Positions 1-7,809 are shown, numbered from the stretch's first letter. The stretch is DNA of 64,000 nucleotides from an uncultured Gammaproteobacteria bacterium (GCA_964459725.1 CAYWNT010000002.1:83719-147718); one strand, 5' to 3'. Translations and numbers: made by a program. Notes: a model not told the origin generated them from the sequence alone.

Positions 1-70
1 GGCTCTCACCCTCCTGGGCGATCCTAATCATAGATCGCAAGCCATAAGTTGTTATTGTTGAAAATTTCAT
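1..70 (-). CDS. N-terminal fragment of an Rrf2-family-like transcriptional regulator (runs off left edge)
   Basis: The reverse complement of 1-70 reads ATG... = MKFSTITTYGLRSMIRIAQEGES, which resembles the Rrf2/IscR-type N-terminus. AGGAG lies just upstream with a short spacer, and a near-consensus promoter sits at 97-125. Only 23 codons are visible. Confidence 0.4.
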   Translation of the reverse strand, partial: MKFSTITTYGLRSMIRIAQEGES

Positions 71-96
71 ATCTCCTACTATTTTAGTATGCTTTT

Positions 97-125
97 ATAA
101 TATCAAATGATGAGAATAGTGTCAA
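97..125 (-). promoter_or_regulatory. sigma70-type promoter (TTGACA-17-TATTAT) for the Rrf2-like gene
   Basis: The minus strand reads TTGACA (125-120), a 17-nt spacer, then TATTAT (102-97), about 27 nt upstream of the ATG at 70. Confidence 0.5.
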
Positions 126-200
126 ACAACACAATCGAAAGCCTATAAAGCATGGCTGGTCGCATGGCTGGGTCCATAAAGTTCCAGGCGGAGAAATTAC

Positions 201-243
201 AAAAAAAAGAGGGCGGGCGATTTCTTATGAAATCGTCCGCCCT
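201..243 (-). terminator. intrinsic terminator
   Basis: A 15-bp stem pairs 210-224 with 229-243 (loop TTAT, one mismatch on the minus transcript). On the minus strand it is followed by a run of 8 U (A8 at 201-208 on plus). Confidence 0.6.
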
Positions 244-520
244 AGACATAGGTGCGTGCGAACTATTAACGGAAGTTATCTTCCGTCGTTCTTTGGCCGG
301 GGCAGTTTGTTACGCCCGGCACTAGGCACGCAGTTAACATTGAATCCGCCATGTCCACAGGAAAACCGGTGGAGGGCGGAAACGTGAAGGAGCTTGGGCT
401 TCAAGCAGGTCTGGAATGAAATTATTACTGACAAACAAATACTTAAAAATATATAAGCTATGTTTATTGCGCCAGACATATTAGAGATTTCCATTTTCAC
501 GTCCTCATAATGACAACACC

Positions 521-1696
521 CTATAAGTTGTTTTTCTTTGCCCAATCTATAAGATTGTTAGCAAAGAAATTTCTTTCAGGGAGTGCTTCTAATCCCTCTT
601 GCAAGCTCCTGTCTCTGTGCCTCAATGTAGTATATGCTACATTACAACACTCCTGCAAGATAGAATTAGGCCCTTGTGACAGTGAAAACTTCTTTCCACT
701 TAAATCGCTTGCCTGAATATGGGAAATATCACGAATAGTGGAAAATACTGTTCTATTCAGTGAAGACAGATGATCAGAAGCGAATGCCAGACTGAAAATT
801 CGCCTCTCCCTATTGCTGTTCAACTTAAGCGAATTCAGGTCCATGATGGTTTTGAATTGAACATCATGGACAGTCCACTTTGTTAGCACGCGATGTGGCT
901 GCTGAATTTTTACTGCCTTCTCTTTGCACAATCCCAGAATCGACGACAATGGTGCTACATTTTTTGCGCCAGGCCGTTTTGCAACCTCGTTAAAAAATAT
1001 AGTCCACAACTCTTCACCAACCATAGAACCAACCCAGGGTTGCTCAAGGTCCATTGGGACAACAATATAATCCCGAGGATCATCTGCCATCTTATCGAAC
1101 TCTTTCATGAGCGCCTGGAGATTATCCTGGCTAGGAATAGATGCGAATGCAAACCAGGCCTTTATAAATGACTTGAAGCCATCGATAAGGATCCCAATTT
1201 TTCCATTGTAATTAACCGACGTGACATCATCAGCTAACATGGAAAGATGTTTTTCTTCCAAATTTATTCCCGTAACATCCAGGGAATAACTGCAGGTCTG
1301 CTCTTTCAGAATAAAAAAATACTCCGTAGGAATAGCAGGACTCGCAGGGCTATAAAACTCTGAGAAAAACGTTACCGGTACATTACCTTCTGCGCCATGT
1401 TCATTTTCCCACCTGATCTGAGCGCTGGTTTCTTTTCTTGTTGAAAAGCGAATCAGCGGAAGCAGGCCATGACCATACAGAGCTCCAACAACTTCAAAAT
1501 TGTCATACTGAGCATGAACATCTTTCAAAAATGGAAACATGTCATAATCAATCCCTTGATGGCTTATCGCAATTGGAAAACCTGTTTTTCCTAAAGCGTT
1601 AATCCCGAGTTGTTCGTTGTACATTCTTTCGAATCGATCTTCGATCAGAAATGAATGCGTGCCATTACCAGGAAGATAAAAAATAATCTTCGCCAT
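521..1696 (-). CDS. hypothetical protein, GH57-like (glycoside hydrolase family 57-type fold suspected)
   Basis: This is a long ORF. The start is moved to the ATG at 1696, which has GGAGG 6 nt upstream (aaaggaggtttcacATG). The motif EVVGALYGHGLLPLI resembles the GH57 'YYHPILPLL' region and VVPMDLEQPW resembles the acidic catalytic region. The functional call is weak. The gene is visibly GC-richer than the rest of the window. Confidence 0.55.
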   Translation of the reverse strand: MAKIIFYLPGNGTHSFLIEDRFERMYNEQLGINALGKTGFPIAISHQGIDYDMFPFLKDVHAQYDNFEVVGALYGHGLLPLIRFSTRKETSAQIRWENEHGAEGNVPVTFFSEFYSPASPAIPTEYFFILKEQTCSYSLDVTGINLEEKHLSMLADDVTSVNYNGKIGILIDGFKSFIKAWFAFASIPSQDNLQALMKEFDKMADDPRDYIVVPMDLEQPWVGSMVGEELWTIFFNEVAKRPGAKNVAPLSSILGLCKEKAVKIQQPHRVLTKWTVHDVQFKTIMDLNSLKLNSNRERRIFSLAFASDHLSSLNRTVFSTIRDISHIQASDLSGKKFSLSQGPNSILQECCNVAYTTLRHRDRSLQEGLEALPERNFFANNLIDWAKKNNL

Positions 1697-1984
1697 GTGA
1701 AACCTCCTTTTCATCGCCCAGATTTCTCATAAACCTAAGCTCAAAGAAAATTTATTACTGTCAGGAACTCATTTCCTGACATAAAAAGAACTCTATCATG
1801 TTTAATATGACATTATAATATTATTACATATTTTTTTATAAATGTCAAGTTAAACGAACTAAGATTTTTTTTATTTACTTTTTCTGCTAAAATTAGCAAA
1901 AATAAAATAGCAAAATATTCCCACTATAAAAAACCTTCCTCAATAAAACTAGATTATATTACATTAATTTGATATAATAAATAC

Positions 1985-2710
1985 ATGAAAAAGAATTATA
2001 AACTAAATGAGAATAGCTTAATAATCGATAATGAGGATAAGAAATACATACTAAAAGTAAAGGATCTGGATGAACATGAAAAACCTCGTGAAAAATTATT
2101 AAAGTCAGGACTGTCATCACTATCCTCTCCTGAATTATTGGCCATACTCCTAAATGTCGGCACAAAAAAAGAGGAAGTTTTGGAAATGTCTCACAGAATC
2201 TTCAAGGAATACGGAGAAAAATCAATAGCAAATCAGAAAAATCCAGAAGATATAGCAAGAGACTTTGACATTCCAATAGTAAAAGCTTGTCAGATTGCAG
2301 CCTGCTTTGAGCTTGGAAGACGATTTTTCAGTAATTCAAAATACAGCAAAGTGAGTATCCGTACCGCTAAGCAAGCCTTCGAATATCTGAAAGACATGAG
2401 AGATCTACCAAAAGAAAACTTCCGAGGACTATACTTAAACAGCAGATACAAGATAATTCATGATGAAGTCATCTCCGTAGGAAGCCTAACAGCAAGCATA
2501 ATCCACCCTAGAGAAATATTTAAACCAGCCATTGAATATTCTGCTGCGGCAGTCATAGTGGCCCACAATCACCCATCAGGATCAATCAAACCTACAGAGT
2601 CAGATATTGAAATAACTGAACAACTTGTAGAGGCAAGTAGAATACTTGGGATAGATTTACTCGATCACATAATAATTGCTAAAAATAAGTTTTTTAGCAT
2701 TTTAAACTAA
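1985..2710 (+). CDS. radC: RadC-like JAB/MPN-domain protein (UPF0758)
   Basis: It carries the C-terminal JAMM motif AHNHPSGSIKPTESD, an N-terminal HhH-like LSSPELLAILL segment, and the typical ~240 aa length. Confidence 0.9.
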   Translation: MKKNYKLNENSLIIDNEDKKYILKVKDLDEHEKPREKLLKSGLSSLSSPELLAILLNVGTKKEEVLEMSHRIFKEYGEKSIANQKNPEDIARDFDIPIVKACQIAACFELGRRFFSNSKYSKVSIRTAKQAFEYLKDMRDLPKENFRGLYLNSRYKIIHDEVISVGSLTASIIHPREIFKPAIEYSAAAVIVAHNHPSGSIKPTESDIEITEQLVEASRILGIDLLDHIIIAKNKFFSILN

Positions 2711-2763
2711 GAGGCTGTCTAGAGACTTCCCAATAAGTCACTTCGACATCCTCAATTAAAAAT

Positions 2764-3024
2764 ATGCAAACGCAAACATACAAGATGCGGACCAATAATC
2801 TTGTATCTTTCTCAAACGCGATCATGCCAAAAATGGTCAATGACAAATTCGACCACCTCAAATTCCATATTGAGAAAGACAACTACTTTGGAACGCTGGC
2901 TTCTATCCTCTTTTTACTCCTGCAAGAGAAGAAAAAACAAGACAAACTGCACTACAAGGCGACTGAAAAAACAATTGAAAATCTAATGTATCTTCAAAAA
3001 AGGTATAAGATTACGAAAAAATAA
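2764..3024 (+). CDS. hypothetical small protein
   Basis: An 86-aa ORF from the track with no recognisable motif and no clear RBS. Confidence 0.3.
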   Translation: MQTQTYKMRTNNLVSFSNAIMPKMVNDKFDHLKFHIEKDNYFGTLASILFLLLQEKKKQDKLHYKATEKTIENLMYLQKRYKITKK

Positions 3025-3072
3025 CTCATTTTTTCCCTAAAAATTGACAAAAAGCAGAAAATCAGTCAGCTA

Positions 3073-3100
3073 TTGCAAAATAATAATTCTTTGCTATACT
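3073..3100 (+). promoter_or_regulatory. sigma70-type promoter (TTGCAA-16-TATACT) upstream of csp
   Basis: TTGCAA at 3073-3078 and TATACT at 3095-3100. This leaves a ~86-nt leader, as is common for cold-shock genes. Confidence 0.45.
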
Positions 3101-3192
3101 TACAATAAGGATTAATACTAATATCTTTACATAGAAATAGAGTCGGATTTCTATTTGTATTAGGAGTCCATTTTAATTTAATTACAAAAATC

Positions 3193-3387
3193 ATGACAGG
3201 AACAATCAAAAAGCTAACTGACAAGAATTTTGGCTTTATCGCACAAGAAGGTGGAAATGATCTATTTTTCCACGCTAACAACTTGGACGGTGTTGAGTTC
3301 GATGCTCTACAAGAAGGAGACAAAGTTGAATTCGAAATCATCGATACTCCAAGAGGTCAAGCAGCTGACAAAGTTAAAAATATTTAA
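3193..3387 (+). CDS. csp: cold-shock protein (CspA family, S1-like OB fold)
   Basis: MTGTIKKLTDKNFGFIAQEGGNDLFFHANNL contains the RNP1-like KGFGFI-type and RNP2-like VFVH-type motifs. The protein is 64 aa. Confidence 0.92.
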   Translation: MTGTIKKLTDKNFGFIAQEGGNDLFFHANNLDGVEFDALQEGDKVEFEIIDTPRGQAADKVKNI

Positions 3388-3403
3388 TATATTTTTATAG
3401 CAC

Positions 3404-3432
3404 AAAAATCCGCCATTTTGGCGGATTTTTTG
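3404..3432 (+). terminator. intrinsic terminator after csp
   Basis: Stem ATCCGCC (3408-3414) pairs with GGCGGAT (3420-3426), followed by a T-run at 3427-3432. Confidence 0.75.
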
Positions 3433-3508
3433 TTTTCCAAAAAATTTTATAATCAAAATTTAATTATTCTAATATATAATTTTAATATAATTAATTAAAT
3501 TCAAAAAT

Positions 3509-3721
3509 ATGAATTTATTTACATGGAGCGAACAAAAAATCCAAAAATTTAACATCTGGGATATCACCGCTTTCAAGACTTACCTATTCTTCCTGGGAGC
3601 AATCATCGGAGCATACTTCTCCGAATTCGTTCTGGGGTATATTTGGTATTTTGTTGTGATTGTAGTTTTCTCTCTTCTTTGGCTGCTCTATAAAATGTTT
3701 GGAAAACAAAAAAAGCCCTGA
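3509..3721 (+). CDS. small membrane protein (two predicted TM helices)
   Basis: A 70-aa ORF with hydrophobic stretches TYLFFLGAIIGAYF and IWYFVVIVVFSLLWLLY. A terminator follows. Confidence 0.55.
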   Translation: MNLFTWSEQKIQKFNIWDITAFKTYLFFLGAIIGAYFSEFVLGYIWYFVVIVVFSLLWLLYKMFGKQKKP

Positions 3722-3748
3722 CCAGTTTCAGTCAGGGCTTTGCTTTTC
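3712..3748. terminator. bidirectional stem-loop between convergent genes
   Basis: AGCCCTGAC (3714-3722) pairs with GTCAGGGCT (3731-3739), flanked by A-rich and T-rich runs. Confidence 0.6.
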
Positions 3749-3772
3749 TAGATTTTTTCTAGAAAAATGATT

Positions 3773-4036
3773 TTAGGCGGCGAGTTGAGCTTTGTCATTT
3801 GCGCCCATATCGCTCTCATCGTCTTCAGAAGAATCTTCAAGTTCTTTCATTATCTCCTCTTCCTGATCAAGCTCTTGCTTCAAGGGACATTCTGGAGATT
3901 TATAACCGGAACTCAAATAACAATAAGGTGATTCATCCGAATACGCACACTGTTCGAATTTTGAACAAGGCGATTTACCTCCATATTTTTTAATAGTTTC
4001 ATCAGAAAAATTTTTAGCATCTAGAAATGAAGACAT
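3773..4036 (-). CDS. small acidic 4-Cys protein with an ssrA-like C-terminus (..GANDKAQLAA)
   Basis: The start is set at the ATG at 4036 (GGAGG 5 nt upstream); the track start is a GTG inside the SD. The protein has four Cys (CSKFEQC...C...C), an acidic tail, and ends in LAA. The next gene downstream begins 12 nt later. Confidence 0.65.
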   Translation of the reverse strand: MSSFLDAKNFSDETIKKYGGKSPCSKFEQCAYSDESPYCYLSSGYKSPECPLKQELDQEEEIMKELEDSSEDDESDMGANDKAQLAA

Positions 4037-4048
4037 AAACACCTCCTA

Positions 4049-5323
4049 TTAAGCTCTTTTTGAGTCTTTAATAAATAATAAAAATATTTTAAATAAATCT
4101 TTTTCTGTATCCATCTTTTTTTTCATTTCTGAATTTTCAATAGTCTCCACTAAATGAAGCATACTCCTTAATGGTGAATAAGTCTTTTTATAAGATCTAC
4201 TGCTCCTGTACGCGTTGTATTGGTCAATAAATTCTATAATCAATGAATGATGTGGTATATTGATTTCGCTAAAATTCTTACCTAAGGCTTCTTCGCACCT
4301 ATCCTTATGCTCTTTTTTTCTAAAATGATGAAACAGAGCCATTTCGCCAAACTCTTTATCAAAACCGAAATCGTCCAATATTTCTTTCCCTCTACTTGAA
4401 TGGAACGTAACTTTTTTAAATTGACTATCACTTAATTTTTTACCCAACACTAAACTTAACGGAGTATTTATTTTTCCTATGTCGTGCAGCCTTGCTCCAG
4501 ATTTAAATTTCAAAAGCAATTCGAAAAAATTACTTGATTTCATATCGTTATAGACACTACCAACAAAATTACCAAATTTAATAGATTTTCCATCATCAAT
4601 AAATTTCATTATATCTTTAATCATCTCCCCCTCTTCTTCGGGCGTATCTTTACGAAATTTATCTTTTGGCAAATCTTTTTCTGTCCACCCTCTTAAATCT
4701 TCTAGCTTCTCTTTTATCGAATCTATGTCTAGGTCATATTCCTCATTCTCTCTTTGATCATAAATAAAACTTATTAAATCCTCTACCATCCCGCACATCT
4801 CTTTCGAGTGTTCCACGCCAGTATTGTAATCATATTTTTCCAACACATGGGCCAATAAAGTAGTCTTCCCCTCTAAATCAAGGTTCAAATCCTCATTATC
4901 ACATATTAAACGAGCTAGATCCAACACTTTTTCATCATAATAACCATTCTCACCTTCTGACATCTTAAGTTTTTCTAGCTTTATGAGTTCTTTGAGCTCT
5001 TTTTTGCGTTTATCTGTTGAATATTTAACATCTACAATTTTAATTGTCTCTCGAAAATTATTCAAATCAGAGATCAATGTTTTAATACGCTTTGCGCGCT
5101 TCACGTGATCTGCATTTGTCTTATTCTGACTATCTAGCTCTTCCTCAAGATCATTAAATAATTTCTCTATATCCGGCTCCCCTAGCAATTCCACCCTATC
5201 ATGCTCACCCATAAACAATCTCTCCATTTTATCGATCAGCAGACAGACTTCTTTTTTCTCTTGTTTTTCTTTGCATTCTTCTTTTACCGGAGGTGGAGTA
5301 GCAAAACTATTCTCTATAGACAT
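4049..5323 (-). CDS. HD-domain protein (HD-GYP-related, GYP motif absent) with a long acidic coiled-coil-like N-terminal region
   Basis: The C-terminal third contains ARLHDIGK..., HSSRGKEIL... and ALFHHF (an HD-superfamily metal-binding pattern). The N-terminal ~270 aa has no recognisable domain. Confidence 0.7.
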   Translation of the reverse strand: MSIENSFATPPPVKEECKEKQEKKEVCLLIDKMERLFMGEHDRVELLGEPDIEKLFNDLEEELDSQNKTNADHVKRAKRIKTLISDLNNFRETIKIVDVKYSTDKRKKELKELIKLEKLKMSEGENGYYDEKVLDLARLICDNEDLNLDLEGKTTLLAHVLEKYDYNTGVEHSKEMCGMVEDLISFIYDQRENEEYDLDIDSIKEKLEDLRGWTEKDLPKDKFRKDTPEEEGEMIKDIMKFIDDGKSIKFGNFVGSVYNDMKSSNFFELLLKFKSGARLHDIGKINTPLSLVLGKKLSDSQFKKVTFHSSRGKEILDDFGFDKEFGEMALFHHFRKKEHKDRCEEALGKNFSEINIPHHSLIIEFIDQYNAYRSSRSYKKTYSPLRSMLHLVETIENSEMKKKMDTEKDLFKIFLLFIKDSKRA

Positions 5324-5519
5324 AACTATATATCAATAACATTAACATTTAGTTAATAAACTATAACATTTAATTTAAAAAAAATCAATCCCAGACCCAA
5401 TTTTGCGCTAAATTTCAATAAAAAAGCTATTTTAAATAAAAAACTCGCTAAAACTTTAGCTTCATCCTCTTTTTATCTATTTTTAAATTACTTTTAATAA
5501 TTTATGCTATAATAACCGT

Positions 5520-6569
5520 ATGAAAAAGATATTTATTGCTATATTAATAATCTCTCTACTCTTCCCTGTATTTGGTGGTGTAAAAAATACACAGGCCGAA
5601 ATTAATCGTTCCGGCTATATTCTCTTACAAGTCGAGGATAATGGTGAGGCTTGGTATGTCTATCCTAAGACTCAAAAGAGATACTACATGGGAAGACCTC
5701 TTGATGCATTTAATTTAATGAGGCGAGTAGCCCTAGGGGCGAAGCATGACTTTATTGATTCGACCAAAATCTTCCCGAATAGACTATCCGGACAAATACT
5801 TCTAGATGTAGAAATGAATGGAGAGGCTTATTATATTTACCCAAATGACCAACGTAAGTACTACCTAGGCCGACCCGCAGACGCTTTCCGGATTATGCGA
5901 GAGCTGGGCCAGGGCATCAGCAATACTGGATTATCACAGATACCAATCGGAGATATTGATAACATCGAAGCAGACATCCCTGCAACAGGAAAAGTACTTC
6001 TCGATGCTCCCTTCGCCCCGCAAGCTCCTTTTGGCAATTGGAATGACCAACGACAACAAGACGGCTGCGAAGAGTCATCGGCTCTCATGGCTGTGAAGTG
6101 GGCTCACGGAGAGAGTCTGACTTACACAGAGGCTCTCGATGAAATAATTTCTATTTCTGACTTCGAGCTAGAAAAATATGGTGAATACAGAGATATTTCC
6201 ACGCTGGATACAGTCAACTGGATTTTCAAGGATTACCTAAACTACGACAAAGTAGAGCTAAAGACAAACATAAGCATCCAAGACATAATCAACGAACTTA
6301 GGGCTGGCAATCTAGTTGTTGTCCCAGCAGATGGACAAGTCTTGAATAATCCATACTTCACTCCCCCAGGCCCACCTCGTCACATGCTTGTCATTAAAGG
6401 CTATGATCCTGTAAATCAAACCTTCATCACCAACGACCCAGGCACCAGACACGGTGAATCATTTGAGTACGATACAGAAATCCTATATGACGCCATTCGC
6501 GACTACCCCACCGGTTATCACGAACCAATTGAGAAAATTGAAAAAATGATGATAGTAGTGCGGAAATAA
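5520..6569 (+). CDS. secreted protein: signal peptide + 2x ~45-aa 'GEAWYVxP...RYYLGRPxDAF' repeats + C39-like papain-fold cysteine peptidase domain
   Basis: It has the signal peptide MKKIFIAILIISLLFPVFG. The tandem repeats are GYILLQVEDNGEAWYVYPKTQKRYYMGRPLDAFNLM and GQILLDVEMNGEAYYIYPNDQRKYYLGRPADAFRIM. The C-terminal segment QAPFGNWNDQRQQDGCEESSALMAV is peptidase_C39_2-like. Confidence 0.75.
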   Translation: MKKIFIAILIISLLFPVFGGVKNTQAEINRSGYILLQVEDNGEAWYVYPKTQKRYYMGRPLDAFNLMRRVALGAKHDFIDSTKIFPNRLSGQILLDVEMNGEAYYIYPNDQRKYYLGRPADAFRIMRELGQGISNTGLSQIPIGDIDNIEADIPATGKVLLDAPFAPQAPFGNWNDQRQQDGCEESSALMAVKWAHGESLTYTEALDEIISISDFELEKYGEYRDISTLDTVNWIFKDYLNYDKVELKTNISIQDIINELRAGNLVVVPADGQVLNNPYFTPPGPPRHMLVIKGYDPVNQTFITNDPGTRHGESFEYDTEILYDAIRDYPTGYHEPIEKIEKMMIVVRK

Positions 6570-6587
6570 CTAAAAACTGTTTTAAAC

Positions 6588-6620
6588 AAAACCACCAACT
6601 CATTAAAGTTGGTGGTTTTT
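6588..6620 (+). terminator. intrinsic terminator (AAACCACCA... hairpin family)
   Basis: A 12-bp perfect stem, AAACCACCAACT / AGTTGGTGGTTT with loop CATTAA, followed by a T-run. Confidence 0.75.
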
Positions 6621-6651
6621 AAATAAATAAATACATACATAATTAAATAAG

Positions 6652-6987
6652 CTAGACAAGCTCAAATTTTATTCCCAATACACCATATTTATTCTCCTGA
6701 TCCTTTGAATAATATTTATAAACATTATCAAGTAGGTTTTTCTTATCACCCCCTCCAAACTCAGAAACATCACAACTGTCAAACAATTCCTCAAAGGTGT
6801 CATAAGGCAACAAACCAACAATCCCAACCTTAATTCTCTCATCTGTCTCTCTATTTACAAACTCTACAACATCGCCAACCTGCAATAATTTTCTTTTCTC
6901 ATCATTGAGCCTAGCTTCAATGGTTTTTTGTCCGTCTTTGATCAAATCAAAAGGCTCATTATGAAGTCTCATTTTTATCATAAACAT
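6652..6987 (-). CDS. ASCH (ASC-1 homology, PUA-like) domain protein
   Basis: MIKMRLHNEPFDLIKDGQKTIEARLNDEKRKLLQVGDVVEF is the typical ASCH N-terminal pattern. The start is placed at the ATG at 6987, 5 nt after the upstream gene's stop. Confidence 0.75.
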   Translation of the reverse strand: MFMIKMRLHNEPFDLIKDGQKTIEARLNDEKRKLLQVGDVVEFVNRETDERIKVGIVGLLPYDTFEELFDSCDVSEFGGGDKKNLLDNVYKYYSKDQENKYGVLGIKFELV

Positions 6988-6992
6988 ACTAA

Positions 6993-7163
6993 TTATTTCT
7001 CCCAATCACTAATCAAAATCCCTTTTCCACGTTTTTTAACGACAAGTTTTTGGGTTTCTTTCCAGCCTAGCTCCCTAATAATTTCCTTGGGCAAAGTTAA
7101 GGCATAGCTGGCGCTATGTTTGTATAATTTGCGGATATTTCTATCCTCAAGTTTACTTCTCAT
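6993..7163 (-). CDS. AbrB/MazE/SpoVT-type (swapped-hairpin) DNA-binding protein, antitoxin-like; not in the ORF track (56 aa)
   Basis: The reverse complement translates to MRSKLEDRNIRKLYKHSASYALTLPKEIIRELGWKETQKLVVKKRGKGILISDWEK*. The core YALTLPKEIIRELGW matches the AbrB/MazE 'xVTIPKEIRExLGI' signature. It is the first gene of a two-gene unit with the ASCH gene. Confidence 0.65.
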   Translation of the reverse strand: MRSKLEDRNIRKLYKHSASYALTLPKEIIRELGWKETQKLVVKKRGKGILISDWEK

Positions 7164-7171
7164 ATATTTAT

Positions 7172-7203
7172 GTGTACATTTTAATGTACATTAAAATGTA
7201 CAC
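7172..7203. promoter_or_regulatory. 32-bp perfect palindrome (candidate operator) immediately upstream of the AbrB-like gene
   Basis: GTGTACATTTTAATGTACATTAAAATGTACAC equals its own reverse complement and contains three TGTACA cores. It ends 8 nt from the ATG at 7163. Confidence 0.6.
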
Positions 7204-7233
7204 TTTTATTTTTTAAAAACTATATATTTAAAA

Positions 7234-7809
7234 TTAAATAAATGGATTTTCCATTTCAAATACTATCTTAGGCGTATTGTTATTTATCCTGTCTTCAGTA
7301 ATGCCATACTTTTTCGCATAAAGAGGGCCTACAGCACAGAACATTGCCTGACTATAATCAAATCCTATTTTTTCTGAAACATCCCTCACCGCTTTTTCTG
7401 ACTCCCCTTCCACCTCTACAAATGGCTCCAGGAACGGCCATTCGTCTATTGTCACTTCCACATCATCAAGTATCCACAATTCTCTTTTTGTTTCCTGGTA
7501 TGACTTCTCCCTGCACCCAAGAGTTTTAAGTAGCTTTCTCCCCTCTTCCAAGCTATCTATTCCTAGGCAAATCTCCTTTTGGTCTTCAATATTTTCTCCA
7601 TCAATAATCTTCAAGCTCATTGTTATCTTGTCGCCCTCATCTCTAACTCGTGCCCAACCCCCATTAATTTCATGACCATCAGGCAAATTAAAAACAACTC
7701 TTTTTTGCATAAACTCCGGCTTAACAAGTTTCGCACCAACCGTTTTTAATTTTTCTCGAACTTCATCCTTGTTTACATTTTTAAAAGTGGCTTCGTATTC
7801 AATATTCAT
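7234..7809 (-). CDS. CYTH-domain protein (triphosphate tunnel metalloenzyme, CyaB/ThTPase-like)
   Basis: The N-terminal NIEYEATFK is an ExExK-type start, and alternating charged beta-strand patterns follow (WARVRDEGDKITMSLK, ELWILDDVEVTIDEWPFLEPFVEVEGES). The track start at 7815 is a TTG; the ATG at 7809 is preferred. Confidence 0.8.
   Translation of the reverse strand: MNIEYEATFKNVNKDEVREKLKTVGAKLVKPEFMQKRVVFNLPDGHEINGGWARVRDEGDKITMSLKIIDGENIEDQKEICLGIDSLEEGRKLLKTLGCREKSYQETKRELWILDDVEVTIDEWPFLEPFVEVEGESEKAVRDVSEKIGFDYSQAMFCAVGPLYAKKYGITEDRINNNTPKIVFEMENPFI

Noticed and set aside
406-420. SRP RNA helix-8-like motif (CAGGTCTGGAATGAA versus CAGGUCCGGAAGGAAGCAGC)
   Set aside because: The tetraloop-closing pair would be U-U, the essential downstream AGCAGC is missing, and the 3' side is AT-rich sequence that cannot form the long SRP hairpin.
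276-545. 89-aa minus-strand ORF in the GC-rich island
   Set aside because: It has no RBS, it overlaps the end of the GH57-like gene, and its composition is implausible. The region is densely base-paired and ends in a terminator, so RNA is the better explanation.
3773-3805. tmRNA gene suspected from the encoded tag-like peptide ANDKAQLAA followed by TAA
   Set aside because: There is no GGGG...UUCGAC 5' acceptor/D-like element and no T-arm + CCA-type 3' end within several hundred nt. The peptide is the in-frame end of an 87-codon ORF with a strong GGAGG RBS.
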